From Ruditapes philippinarum (lineage: Eukaryota), in contig NW_026864289.1 in NCBI RefSeq assembly GCF_026571515.1, forward strand, positions 124,001 to 188,000: 64,000 nucleotides of DNA, read 5' to 3'. Under the pieces are notes generated by a model. The model did not search any database. It saw only the letters and a program-made list of their open reading frames with translations, and was not told where the DNA came from. The position numbers and the translations under genes are program-made. Numbering within the stretch: the stretch's first letter is position 1; each line of letters starts with the position of its first letter. Below are positions 12,771-26,600 of the stretch, one piece after another.

Positions 12771-15019
12771 TTAAAATCTTAAAGCGTTGAAATCCCCATC
12801 TATTTTTGACATGTTTGAATGAACGAAAATTGTAATTAAATACCCTGTAAGTGTCAAAGGGATTTTTTGACATGATTGGATTTGATTTTTTTTTTAGTTT
12901 TAGGTACCATTTGATGGAGGTCTTGACTAAGCACTTTAATGCAAAGTGTCAGACCAGGCGCTCGCTCCGTTTTTTACAAAGTAATCGCAGAAAATACAAT
13001 TTTCAATATAATTTTGGTTATATTTCTTACAATATTTTACATTTTACCGTTTGAAGTGCCCCAGGTGTTCTCTGTAAGAAATTCATTATAAAGGAACTTC
13101 ATTGAGATCCAAAAGCCTTAAAACATAAAATTTGAATTTCTTACATAGATGAGCTGGAGCACTTTAACAGAAAGATATGCAACGCTTTTCAATTTGGGTC
13201 ATTTTACACAATTATTTAAATTATTTAGGAAAAAAGGACTGAGCGAAAGATCTAAAAATTTGCGCATAAGTTACTGGTCTAGATCTATATCAAATTGAAC
13301 ATAAATCCCGAAAAAAATATTTTCAGACCCGTCATGGTAAAAAAACAACAGTGGAGACCATTTCAGACTTTTGGAACTCTGTGAAGGTAGAAACAGCGAA
13401 ACAAATATTTAGATTCGTATAAAAGGCGAACGGCTGGTGACGTTATTTAAATTTTAACAGAAAAAACATTTTTGAAGGTATGGTTTGGAATATTTAATGA
13501 CGAAATGTTGACGTTTACGAATCGTATGATAAAAGGATTTATTATCATTAGAAAATGTAAGTTTTTGTGACTAAAAAAATGCCGCATCTCGTCGGAAAGT
13601 GTGGTTATTTTCAGTCAAAATTCACGTGAAGTAAAGCTTGCACAGGGCCAGACATTTGTATGCGCCTTTGGATGTTGACTATGAATCCATAACACTTACT
13701 GTCCGTCAAGTGTTTTCTGTGTCGACATTTATTCGGTACGGCTGTCGACGGTCGAACGGCTGTCTGTCCATTTGATTGTACGGTGTGAAGATATTCATAG
13801 TATTATAAGTACACGCACAAAGTCGTGTCAAACGGGGTTTTAAGGTACATGTGCAGCACGGAGTGGATATTTTAAGCTATATTTTGATTAAGCCACAGAC
13901 GGCGGTTACCAACAAAGAACTCGACAACAGCGACTTGAAGTTTTGAGCCACCTTGACATATATAGGCATTTATTCTTTAGACAGCAGGAGTTTGCACATT
14001 TAGAACTGGACAAAAAATAATACTTGTTTCTTGGACTAAAAAGGACATCTAACATTGATCATACTCAAACACGCACTTAGTAGAGTCACTTTTTAACCCA
14101 TCTTGTAACACAAACAGTACAAACCAGTGCTTCAAAATTGACGCTTAAAAATCTTAGACTTCAACGGGAACATGTTCTTTAATTATTTATTTTATCGGAG
14201 ATTCAAACTGAATTTTTATTATTACTACTTCCACTACTATTATTATTATATCAGAAATAATCCTGACACTCGAAGACCAGTGATGTTCTACCAGAAAAAC
14301 TTTCTCGTCGTCTGTTTCGTAATTCAAACACAGTATATTTATAATAGCGAGGGTATCAAGCCGCCTATCGAGGGTTATATTGCAAACAACATTTTATTTA
14401 GGACCTGTCAAGGGTCTTCACAAGTCAACGAATTTATAATACAGAAAACTTCTTTTATTAGAGAAAACAAGTTTCTTCATAAATTGACAGAAGCAGTGTA
14501 TAAAGTTCATATAAACGTCACGGTTATGCAATGAAAATCGTCGTTTACAAAAATGCAGTAATATAACACACATTGTATTCGGTTTACTATTTAAAATGAA
14601 ATACATAACGTTATTTTGATACATTCTGAAGTAGACGTGTCACTACAGAGCCCTATTTCACAAATGTCAGGCAATATCTCAAGTCCGTTTAGGATCTAAG
14701 ACTAGATTTTATTTCAAAGAATATATACATACAAGTCTGTTTTCATATTTGAGTACTCTAATCATATATATTATATACAATCATTTCATTTTGCAGGGAG
14801 ATAAGAATGATAATAATAATTGATTATTAACAATGACATAAAGATAACGTACATTTAGCAACATTTTTGGTATATTTCAATGATAAACATGGAATCTTGT
14901 AAAAAATAAATAAATAAAAACTGTCCAAGTGCTTTGAAATACGTTTCCACTCAGTTGTTTTTCTCTAAAAGTTCATTAATATCAGTACCTTTTTAAATAT
15001 TTTTTCAAGAGGCCTTTTA

Positions 15020-15420
15020 AATAATATGTATGGTGAAACTAGACCAATTTTGAAAGTATTATACAGTGGCAAAGTGGTCAGCAGAGATTAAATGTGAGCG
15101 AGACTTCTTAGAAGATGACTCGAGACCAGGTCGCCCTGCTGATGACATAAGCCAGGAGATGATCGGCCGTGTTGAAAAAAAACTTGTGCTTAATAATTGT
15201 CGAATCAAAGTTGCCTAACTTGCTAAAGAATGCGGTTTATCTAATGGAAGTATTTACACTTTAATCGATGAAAATGTATTTATTTAGTCAAAAGTATCTG
15301 CCAGGTTGGTATCTAGAAACCTGAACATGCAAGATCGTCAGAAATGAGTAAAGTCAAGTCAAGTGTGTCAGTCCAGAACACTTTCACACTCGTCTTATAA
15401 CAGGAATTGGAACTTGGCAT
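15020..15420 (+). mobile_element. Degraded mariner transposase fragment
   Basis: Disrupted frames give LEDDSRPGRP..ISQEMIGRVEK..NNCRIKV..LAKECGLSNGSIYTLI..KVSARLVSRNL, the mariner HTH and WVPR-linker region, with stops and frameshifts. Confidence 0.75.
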
Positions 15421-15563
15421 ACCTAATTCCGTTTGTACCTATCTCCACTCGTATCTCTCCATCAAATATAAATTTAATGACAAATAAAAAATGTAACAAT
15501 TAAGGGATAGATCTGTAGAAAAGCTAGACTCGAGGCCTCACTGTGGGTTATCTAGTTAATTGT

Positions 15564-17599
15564 TTACTCTTGCGGTCGCTCATATAAAACTTGATCTTGT
15601 TGATTGACTTCATCTCTACTCTGTTCATATGAATACTGTAAAGATATAAGTATAAAATAAATATTCAAAATAACCAAGACTTCCGCAATGTTTATAGTCT
15701 TAATTAATCGTTGTTCAAGGTTAGGTAATATTTTATAAAGTATTCGAACCTCGAAACTTTTTGTAAACGAAAACAATGACTTCACGATCTTTCAACCTTA
15801 CAAGATAGTAAAGTACAGGCTACATATATAGGCTAGTTATAGATATTATAACAATATTCATACCTTGGGTTCTGGACAGTTGTTATCCCTACACCACTTG
15901 GTAAACGCTTGTCCAATTTGCTTGAACCGAGGATCAGTGTCTGGGACTTTGCTGTAAATGCGAATAATTTGCTCCGCAAACGTTGCAGGAAGGACAAATG
16001 ATACCTTAAATTATGTTAAAATTTGTTTCATATCATTTTCATATATGTTTTAATTTTAGGATTCAATAGCGGTAACATTTAACACATATTTAAGACAATG
16101 GCAAAGCAATTTAAATGTATAGCAACACGTTAAGTTATGTTATTTCTCAAGTATTTGTTACAATTACTCAGTACAGTTACAATTAGTTGTTATGATAAAA
16201 GTATATTTGCGCTACAATTATGCTACTCGATTAATTTTTCAATTATTTAATAAAACAAACCTGATTTTTTTCTAACGAAATAGCATGATTTATGTCTGCC
16301 TTTCCATAGAAGCGAATTTTTCTCAATGGGTCCTTGCTGTTTTCTCCGTAATGTAGATTCATAAACTAAAATTAAAAACAACAACAACAAACAGCATACA
16401 ATTGGCAAACGTCTTTTTAAAGTGGATTTTATTCGCCTGTGTCATTCACTTATTGCCAGACCTTTGCCATGATATTTGCACACAAACCAATATGCCAATC
16501 GTTCTGTAGCCATTTTAAATCAAGCAGGATGCCCGATTCTTATCGCTATTCAAAGTTAATGTTTTTTTATGAGTTCATTCAATTGGCAATGGAAGGTTCT
16601 AAGTTCAAAGCAGAACAAGTTATAACATATAATTAAGAAGGTAATAACATGTGAAGAGAATCTAAGGAATTCAATACTTACATAGCAGTGAAATAGATCA
16701 ACTTCAACAGGTTCATTCCTGTGCTGAGTCATTATAGTCAGGAGTTGTTCCTTGAAATCTTTTTCATCCACCTTTCCTCTCTAGAAGATAATAATTATCG
16801 TATACATAAGATAATATGTGTTTGTGGAACATGATGAACATGATGAACAAACATTTCCAGAAAAATTGATATTTTGAACTTTAAGAAACGGTCTTATTTT
16901 CTATCTCACACATTCCTAGATGTCTGATATTAATTAAAGTAAAATCAATGCTTCACGTTCAAAAGTTATTTATAAGTCATGGATAAGTATAAAATTACTA
17001 AGTCATGGATAAGTTTAAGGTAATTAGAAGTCAGGGATAATTATAAAGGAACTAGAAGTCATTGATAAGTATAATGGTACAGGAAATTATGGATAAGTAT
17101 AAGGGTATAAGGAAAATGGATGAAAGAAACCTTTTTTAAAAATATATATATATTATACTTGATGACTATATTTTAATTACTCACAGGTAATTATTACAAT
17201 ATCCCATTAACAGTTGCATAGACACATATTTTATTATTTATCATTTTTTATGAGAAACAATAATATATTAAGTGTGTGTCACAATGCAGGTAAGAATAAA
17301 AGTGAATACATTTTAATGCCAGTGTTTCATCAATGAAATGATAAGTATTGTTTCGTATTAGCTGTAATGTAGTTGTGTTCAACCTTTATTCATAGTCATG
17401 TATTAATGTTTATAAATAGTATCTAATTTCACATGATTAACTAACACCCAGAATTTTATAATTATAACAACCAATCACAATGGATATGCTCTGGAAGCTT
17501 TGTTAAGGAGTTGTCTAGAATAAATCATCAGTTCTGAGTTGACCAACATACGCGACACATTGTTCTTCTCATTATTAAACAAGTATTCTCAGGAAAGGT

Positions 17600-17638
<39 letters not shown>

Positions 17639-20600
17639 GCGCACGCGCGCGCGCGCACACACACATGAACATGCACGCGTGCACACACAACGTATTTGCA
17701 TTAGGAAATTAAGAATAGAAGGAGATCATTTGGCTTTCGTACAAACAATGAATGATGCAATAATCACATATGAGAGGTGTTCAACTTATTGTAAAACACT
17801 ATCAAAATACGTTATAAGATCTTTCTTATAGCTTACATAAACTCGCGCAAAGCGATTCATTCATGTAAAATTGAAAATTCAATATGGTTAGAACAAAAAT
17901 ATATGATTTAGTTGAGGGCATTATTTAAAGACGTTTGAAGCAAAAAAATGTCTCACAGAAAGAAACGTTGTGAAACAAGTAAAACAGGTGTGACATAATA
18001 TTTCTGCTGCTACTGTGCATCGCATTCAGCATGGTAAAGGAGCTATTTGAAATAACATACAAGAAAAGGATTGATGCAAAGCATCAAAGAGCGTCCAAGC
18101 AAGAAATGTAGACAGTGAAGATGAACTAGTAGACATATGATGACAAGATATTCTTATAAACTTTTCAATGGTTAATTTGTTTTTACCAGAATCAACGGAC
18201 GAAAGACATTGTTCATTATGAACTTTGATTGGCATGCTAGAGATTATAATATTACTTGTTATTTCTTTATGATCGTGCTTATTAATAGCAACGGATATAC
18301 ATATATACCATCATTTATAATCCATATGTGTAACGCATGATCAACACCACACTTGTGGAATTGTCTCTTATTATGTTATCGCTATTAGAGAAGACCCCCT
18401 CTTTAAGGTATCTGTTCACATTTAGTAAAAATATGACACTGGTTATATTACCATGTTGATCATGTTGAGCATAATTGTTTATTATACAATAATTGTAATA
18501 TCTATTTTAATATAAAAAATACAGATTTTATGAATATTGTTTTCCTCTCTTTTTTGTGTTTTATGTGCTATTTTGATACTGAGTTTTTACGTTTACTACT
18601 CTTTTTTTATCAAAATTGTAAAACAAATTTTAAGAATACAATTGTCATATTGACCGACGAATATAATATTATATGACTTAACTGGAAAAAGTCAGTAAAT
18701 TATGTTTAATCTTTCAATATATAATATTATTTATTCTTAAACAATGTACATGTACATTTGTATTTTTCTTTATCATTTTTTTTAAATTATCAATCAATTG
18801 AATAATTCATAAAATCTAATTTGTAACATAACTGAATATTTCCTCGGCATCTTTACTAAACACGAATAACAAATTAAATAAAATGTTTCAAAGTTGATAG
18901 TGTCATATAAATACCATAAAAATGTACCTTTTTCTCAATTATTGCACATATTTATTGTTTTTATCTCATATAGATAAAATGAAACATGCTATTGTTGTTG
19001 GTTTTTTTTCTTCAAATTGTATGTTTAGGTATAATAATAATCACTAAATTTGAGAGTTGATCTGTGTTTATTAATTATTGTAAACAAACTGAGTGACAAA
19101 CATTCATTTTGGAAAAAAGCTTATTTATCTGTAAAATATTTGTTCTGTTCTGTAACGATATCAAACATCTACTCCAAAACCGGGAGAGACCGTGATACTA
19201 TTCGCCGGTCACTAGTAAATCCCGGTCAAAATAGACCAATTACCGATAGCAGTACATCCCTCTATAAATAGATTTTCGGAATGTTTAGGACACCAACTCA
19301 TCATTCTATTTTAACATACCATAATAACCCACTGTGTACTACAAAATGATAAACAAAAAAAAACCGAAGAGACGGAAAAGGTTTTTTCATGCACTGCGAA
19401 ATTCTCCAGTTCGCTATTCATTGTACATATCGAGACATTTTTTTTAATCAAGCACCCTCATACCGATCGGAATGATCGGCTTTTATTATGACCGACTAAA
19501 AGGCTCGAGAAGTTGCTGTCGCCCATTCACAAAATCTGATTTCATTCCATAAGGGCGCCGCGCTTTATTTTCTGCTGACGTCGTACACAAAATCAGTAAT
19601 ATAATCACGTTGGTGAATCCTCCAACACAAAGAAAAATGGCAGCTTAGTGTTGGGTGTCTCTAAGCACTGTCAACAGAGTTATAGCTGAATTCTAGAAGC
19701 GAAACTGTGCGGTCATAGTCCGTCTGAACTGTGGAAAATGGAAAAACACTGTTTTACATGGGCGGTAGTTACGGTCGACGTCTTGTTTGCTGCGTTCGAA
19801 CTAATGAGACAGACCTGAACTAACCTAAGTTTGAAAAACGAGATGCATTTGCATCTAGGTTAATGGTTTAGGCCGGGCTTGGTTTATGCCGGGGTTAGTT
19901 ACTAAGGCAAGACATCTCTAATTTTTATCAAAAAAAGGGTAGAAGTCAATGCAAAATATTTCACATACAAAGTTCTAAAGTCATTTCTCAAAAAAGATTT
20001 CCCCTGGAAGAGAGAATGACATGGTATTCCATCAAGACTCGGCCTCTAGCCATAACACTAAAATGATCATCAACTTTCTCAACAAACGCAAAATGAATAA
20101 ATAAATGAAAATGAATAACATAACACCTGCAGATGGATGTCAAAAAGCCCAAATGCTCCCATCGACTTGAAAGTAGGTTACAGGAACGCAAGATTTATAT
20201 CATGTCCGGTCTTAAAAAGGCATAAACGGTACTTTAGAAAGCTGGCTTAAAAGGTGTTGAATGATTTACTAATGTCATGGATCGATCATAGATTGAGCAT
20301 CTGTTGCAATAAAACACATGCAAGTAAATAGTGAAGTAGGTTTTAGAACTGTTTCATAATTAAATGAACACCTCTCGTATTTACTGAATCAGCTTGTATA
20401 TTTTAAGATTTCTATGATTGAACAAGATATTTCTACCTTTATCTGAGTTTGGCCAACAAATTTATATAGCTTTCTTTTCAGTATATCAGTCATAACTTTC
20501 TTTGCTTCTTGCAGATCTTTTTTAATCCTCTCTTCTGCACGAATTTCTTCCACCCTGGCTACAACACCATGTTCATCAGCCCACTCAGTCTGGTATGGAC

Positions 20601-23600
20601 TCCTCATTACAAAGCCAGTTGGTGGATATAAAATGAGCAAAATTATATCGTCCGTCAGTTGTGTAAATGCTTCAGGATCATCAACTGTTTCTGAAATTCT
20701 AAGAAGTATAAACAAGATTGTCTTAATATATAGGCATATCAAAAAACCCTACAAACCAACTTACCTGAAGAAATAATGGGCGGTCGTTATAAATTTATAG
20801 AACTCGGTAGCCTGCAACCATTTCGCTCGCTTGAAACAAATGAGCAACCACGTCACGTCATGCCCCTTCACAACTATCTGATTTCATATAATGATGGAAG
20901 TTTACCGATACTTAATTCATAGAACAAACCAGGCTAAAGCACGTTGTCTCATTCTAACGGGCCTCTGTTTTGCAATATACAAAACACGTCGGTGTAAGGA
21001 CTGGCTCTTGTATTGCATTGTCATTAACATTTGATTTGTTCTGTCTATCCATATATTATTAACCTTTAGAAACTTTAAAACAAGCTCGTTATGAAAAAAA
21101 TCAAATAACTTTTTTAAGGTTTTGTATTTTTTGAAATAATTGGGATAGTGTTGTGCGGACGTTATTGCTTAAGGATCTTTAATAGCCGCTTTTAATAATC
21201 TTCAATAAGACATTGAATGCATTAGACCCCAGTTTCCGTTACCAAATATAACCTTAATAAAAAAACACACATGTGACCTCGCTATACTTTACACAATAAT
21301 AAATCGTGTGTAATGGATAACTGTTTTAACAGTATCACTTACCATTGAAAGTTTTGAAATAATAATATGTCAATCTACTTTTCCTATTTATCTGAAATAC
21401 GGCAGTAAATCGACTTTGTTCGCCATAATATGTATAAAACACGTGAACTTTTGGGTTCTATAATCATGCTTCTTTTTTAATTAAAAATAGATCTAATAGA
21501 AAATAAAACAAAATAAACTTACATGTGCTAATTGCTATTTCTTGTTTATTAATAAACTATTAACAACAACGCACTTAATATAGTTATTGAAGATATGCTT
21601 ATATTTTGTTACGTTTTGCATCTACTACAGATGTTATTCTAACATTTAAGATCTAGTAATTTTAATTTTGTTTTGCCTCAAAATGATTCTCATGTTAAAA
21701 ACACATTTTCTACAATGCCATAAAAGACTGGAATTCTTTACCAGACAACATTAGATCAATTGACAATATCCAAACATCTAAAACGAAAGTAAAACTTTTT
21801 TAAGTAATGAAAATGATAAACAAGTGAATGTTATGTTTATTTATTATTAAATTGATGTGTAACTTATGATAAGGTTTTGTAACATGTTTATGTTGTACTT
21901 GATATTTTTTAGTTTAAACGAAATTTATTTCATTTTGTTTGTGTACTTGTCTTATTATATTGAAAAATGTGTCTTGATTGTTGAAAATTGTCATTTATTT
22001 TAACTTCTTTATAATTCATTTATTATTATGTAAGTTAGTGTAATAATTTTACAGTAAATGGACCCAATTGGAAATAAGCTTTTAGCTTAATGGGCAATTC
22101 CTAGGGTAACATAGAACATACTCATTGATTAATCTTATAATTATTTTTGTTGCATTTATGTGTGTGTTTTTATATATACGCAAGTTGATATATGTGATAA
22201 CATTGTATGTGTTTATGTCTATTCCCTGAATAAATCGATACGAACTAACAGATCAAATTTAATTTGCAACAAAGAAAATTTAGATGTTGATATTACTGAC
22301 TGTCACAATTTAGTAGCTACTACAATAAAAATGCAAACAAAATGTCAAACAAAACCGAAATTTGTTGAATTTAGATCATAAAAACGTTTTAATGAATCTG
22401 CTTTCAACACTGAACGATTCATAATGGGCGTTTGAAACACCTTTCAAAGACAAAGAAGTTGTAGATGAACATGCTCAAAAAAGAACATAAATTAAGATCA
22501 CAAGATGGTAAATTGAGAAAATTAATCTATAAAATAAAGCAACTAAGAAATCGCTTTTTCAAAAACCGTAATGACATTATTTGGATTAAGTTCCACAAAC
22601 ACAGACATTTGGTACAATGGCAATATGAATTGATTAAATGTATTATTATCTGAACAGTTGTTTGTTTGTTTTTTGTTTGTTTCTTATTATTAGTTTTATT
22701 ATTTGTTCATGTCGAATACAAGATTAAAGCTTATGTTTTGTAATGCTAACCATAACCACTATAAATAAAGTTTGTCTTACAGATAAGACGTATTAACATT
22801 CTACATATTTTATTAATAGCAAAAATCAAACTGGACAGACTTAGATAGATAGATTTATTTCGGCAAAGGAAGCATATACATAGTTGACAACATAACATAG
22901 GATAAAATAATGAGCATTATTAAATACTATATCACATACGAGAAAACTATGACATGCTCACCAAAACCAAGGATAACACAAAAAAGGGCAAAAAAGCTCT
23001 TATTTCCATTGTGGCCCTTTGTATTGGCGGCATGACATAGAGAGGCAGACCTAAATATAATCATGTTTAAAAATACTAATAAATCATAAAAATGTATATC
23101 ACAGTCAAATCTTGAGTTAATGATACACCTGTTTACAGCTAGAATTTAAAAAACATTACTAAAATTGTAAAAACATAATTAGCAGACAATTTAAAATCCT
23201 GAGCCGAAATATGTAAAAACAAAGTAAAAAAATTAAATACTGTTCATAAGATGACATTTGATGGCAACATTAAAACTTTGTAACCTGTTGATCTCCGTTA
23301 ACTCTACAGGTAAATCATTCAATAATTTAATACCAGAGAAAGCAAAGGATTTAGAACCCTGACCTTTGACCTAAGGTAGACAATACCCACCCTTTTGACT
23401 AAGTCTTGTACTATAAATATGTACGGAATCTTGCGAAATAAAGTGTTCAGACATGTAATCCGGAGACAGGCCATTTTTTTATCTTAAAAACATGACACAA
23501 CATATCTGTTCAACTCTTCTGTGGACCGGTAACCAGTTAAGGGACTTATGGGCTCTGGAATCCAAGTCAAGTACAAATCTTGACAAGTTTGTAACTTATT

Positions 23601-26600
23601 TTTTAAAGACTGTGTCAAGCTATTATACCAAACAGAGCATGCGTAATCATAGTGACACTGAATAAGAGACATAACCAGAAGTTTCTTGGTATGCTAAGAA
23701 CAGACTCGGCAATGGAGCAAAATGACAGATTTTGGTCTATAGTAATCCCAAGATACTTGATAGATGAAGTTGATTCAATGGATATACCAGAACAGGTTAT
23801 ATGCAGGTTAGATTGTGACCTAAGCTTTTGCCTAAACCGAAATAAAATTGACTCGGTTTTACCCAAGTGAAATGACAACTTATTGTCCACTAACCATTGG
23901 CTGACCAATTCCATATCATCTGTCAATGCCTTTTCAACAACAGATAAACACATGACACCAGACACAGACACATTACCAGATACAAGGATACCAGAATCAT
24001 CAGCATACAAAAGCAATTTATTACTGACCACAGCTGACATATCATTTACATAAATTAAAAAGAGAAGGGGTCCAAGGATTGAGCCCTGAGGAACATCACA
24101 TGTTATTTTGGAATTGGAAGAATAAGTACCACAGTACGTACCTAACCTGCAATGAACGATGCACTTTCATAATAATTCACTTACCTTTTGCCATTAAATT
24201 TAATACTTTCGTCTGCCTTTTTCAAAACATCGAGTATCCTGTAAACGAACTGCAGGTTATTGTGTAGAAATTAATGACATGATGCTCAAAACTATATAGA
24301 TGCCAAGAAGTACAAAAGTAGTTCAAAACCGAAAATCTTTCATTTAATCTACATATACTCTTATATAAACCATTCTTTCATTAATTCGGAAACGTATTTA
24401 TACATTTATTTCGTAAATGTAAAATGTAAACAAAAGGAAGGCTTTTAGAACATCATGTGCTCATCTAGAATTTTTTCAAGATAGAGAGGTAAAAACCTTT
24501 CATATCAATGAATTACTTCTATATGTTATATATTTTTATGCATTGAAGCTAATGTTATCAACCAAAATAATAATATTCTTTTAAGAACGACTGTTAAATA
24601 AAGTTTCTTGTATCTTGTTACAGTAATACATACAGTACTTTTACGAAATCCTGAAAAGTGTTTTAAAAATAATGAAATAATTCCGTATATATATGTTTCA
24701 GGGTGAGAAAAATGTGCAGCCTGACCGAGACTAGAACCCGGGCCCTCGGAATAGCGTACTGCGGCTCTAATGACTGAGTTTTCCTGCCGCTTACACACTA
24801 TCTCCACCGTGATATTTTGCGCCCAATGAGGTGTTCGTATCAGTGTTTAATTTACATTTCTCTGTTACCCTGAGAAATTCGAGGACGAATGTCAATTTGC
24901 GGGGGGAGTACGTCAAGGTTCAGAACTCTTCAATATTTAGGGGTGAAGATGTGTAAGCGTCCGGATAGCTCATTTGGTAGAGCGGTATTCCGAGGGCCCT
25001 GGGTCAGAGTCCCTGTAAGGCTGCACAATGTTCTCGCCCTGTGACATATACGTACATCGTTCTTATGACTGTATGTGTTTTATGTTGGTATGCTTGTCTT
25101 GTCAACACCATCTTTGTGTAAAACATATCGTACAGACCCTGTGCTTCCTGAAAAGAAGCAAGTTATTTCTTATCATGTTAATGTCATAATTTATGTTTTT
25201 AAATGATTAAATAGTGGAATGAGAATATAGACGCAACCTCTTGCTGCCGATACATGTAGCACATAGGTGCAACATTTCAGATACAAAAAGGTTCAGCAGA
25301 CATATCTTAGGTTTGCTGTACAGCTGTCTCCTATTATCTGTAACAATGTAACAATTGAGATTTTGCATCTTAAAAAAACTTGTTAATTAACAGTTTTGTA
25401 AATAGTAAAGGCTTTTTAATATTTCATTTGGCTTGTATTACATATATGGTACCAAAAAACAAAACAGGTGCCTCACCTTTTCCCTGTAACATATCTGTTT
25501 TCTTGGTACAATGGGTAAAACTTCACCTCTTTGTGACGCGTTGCTACCTTCACGACTTTCATTGTCTCCAGTTTCGTCATCTCCGTTTAAACCGTTGCTT
25601 ACCAGAACTCGTGCAGTAGCGAAACATCGATTGTAATCAAAATTTGTTTTGACTCCCAGCATGTAGCTATCACGTGCCAGATAGTCCCACTTGTCTACAT
25701 CAATTCCGTTCCTTTTATTGGCAACAATCTACATAGAAATGAATTTTTGCATGTGTATTCTGACATGGTCTAAAATAGCCAAACAAAATGGAACCTTAAA
25801 AGTCGCGCAACGCGACTATAGGTTAAGTGAAGTAAGCTGATTGCCGTATTCAAAACATGCGCATTAAATCGTTAAAGAACAATGATGAAATGCTTTGAAC
25901 GTCAATTAGTCCATACTTGGAAGTGTATGTTATACCAAGCATTATTACGTTGATTGCATTTTGTATTTAGTACATGTTTCATATGTGACAACAGAAAAAT
26001 ATTGTAAAATGGCCAAACGCAAACTTATTGCTGATTGCATATAAATTGAACTGAACTGTTATGTTATTCAATAAATTGTTTCTAAATTATTACACTATGA
26101 ATGTTTTTGCAACTTTATTTATTTCTTGGATTGAATAACGTAATTCATTGATTTCTTGATCTCGATTATAATACTATATACCTCGTACATGTAACTTTTA
26201 CTTTCATCTCTTCCTTTGTGTGGCCAAGGCTGAAATTGAACAATGGCATTTCAGAAATAATATAAGAGTTTTGAACAATTCCTTAAATTAAAAAAAAACA
26301 CAAAAAAAAACAAAAACAACAACAAAAAAAAAAACAACAACAAAACAAAAACCAACAAAAAATTATGATCGTAACTCTGACTGTGTGCCAACACCAAATT
26401 TTTTATGAAATGTGTTGGACAGCTTTTGAAAAGCTTATTAACTAAACAATTAAAGCGAGCAAAAAATAAATACAACACCAACGGAAAAATGTGTTTTGAA
26501 TTTATAGAAGTTTTAATCAGAAAGAAAGTTCAAATTGATATTATAAACATTCAACTGTACGTCCTTTATACCTGTCTCACGATGTCTTTGGGTTGATCAA

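Noticed and set aside
12779-13167. Possible TTAA-flanked MITE
   Set aside because: Terminal similarity (ttaaag.g.t...catctat) is too weak to call by eye.
14172-14534. 120-aa ORF and other short F/Y/I/K-rich ORFs in the track
   Set aside because: Composition reflects AT-rich or low-complexity DNA, with no motifs or consistent splice structure.
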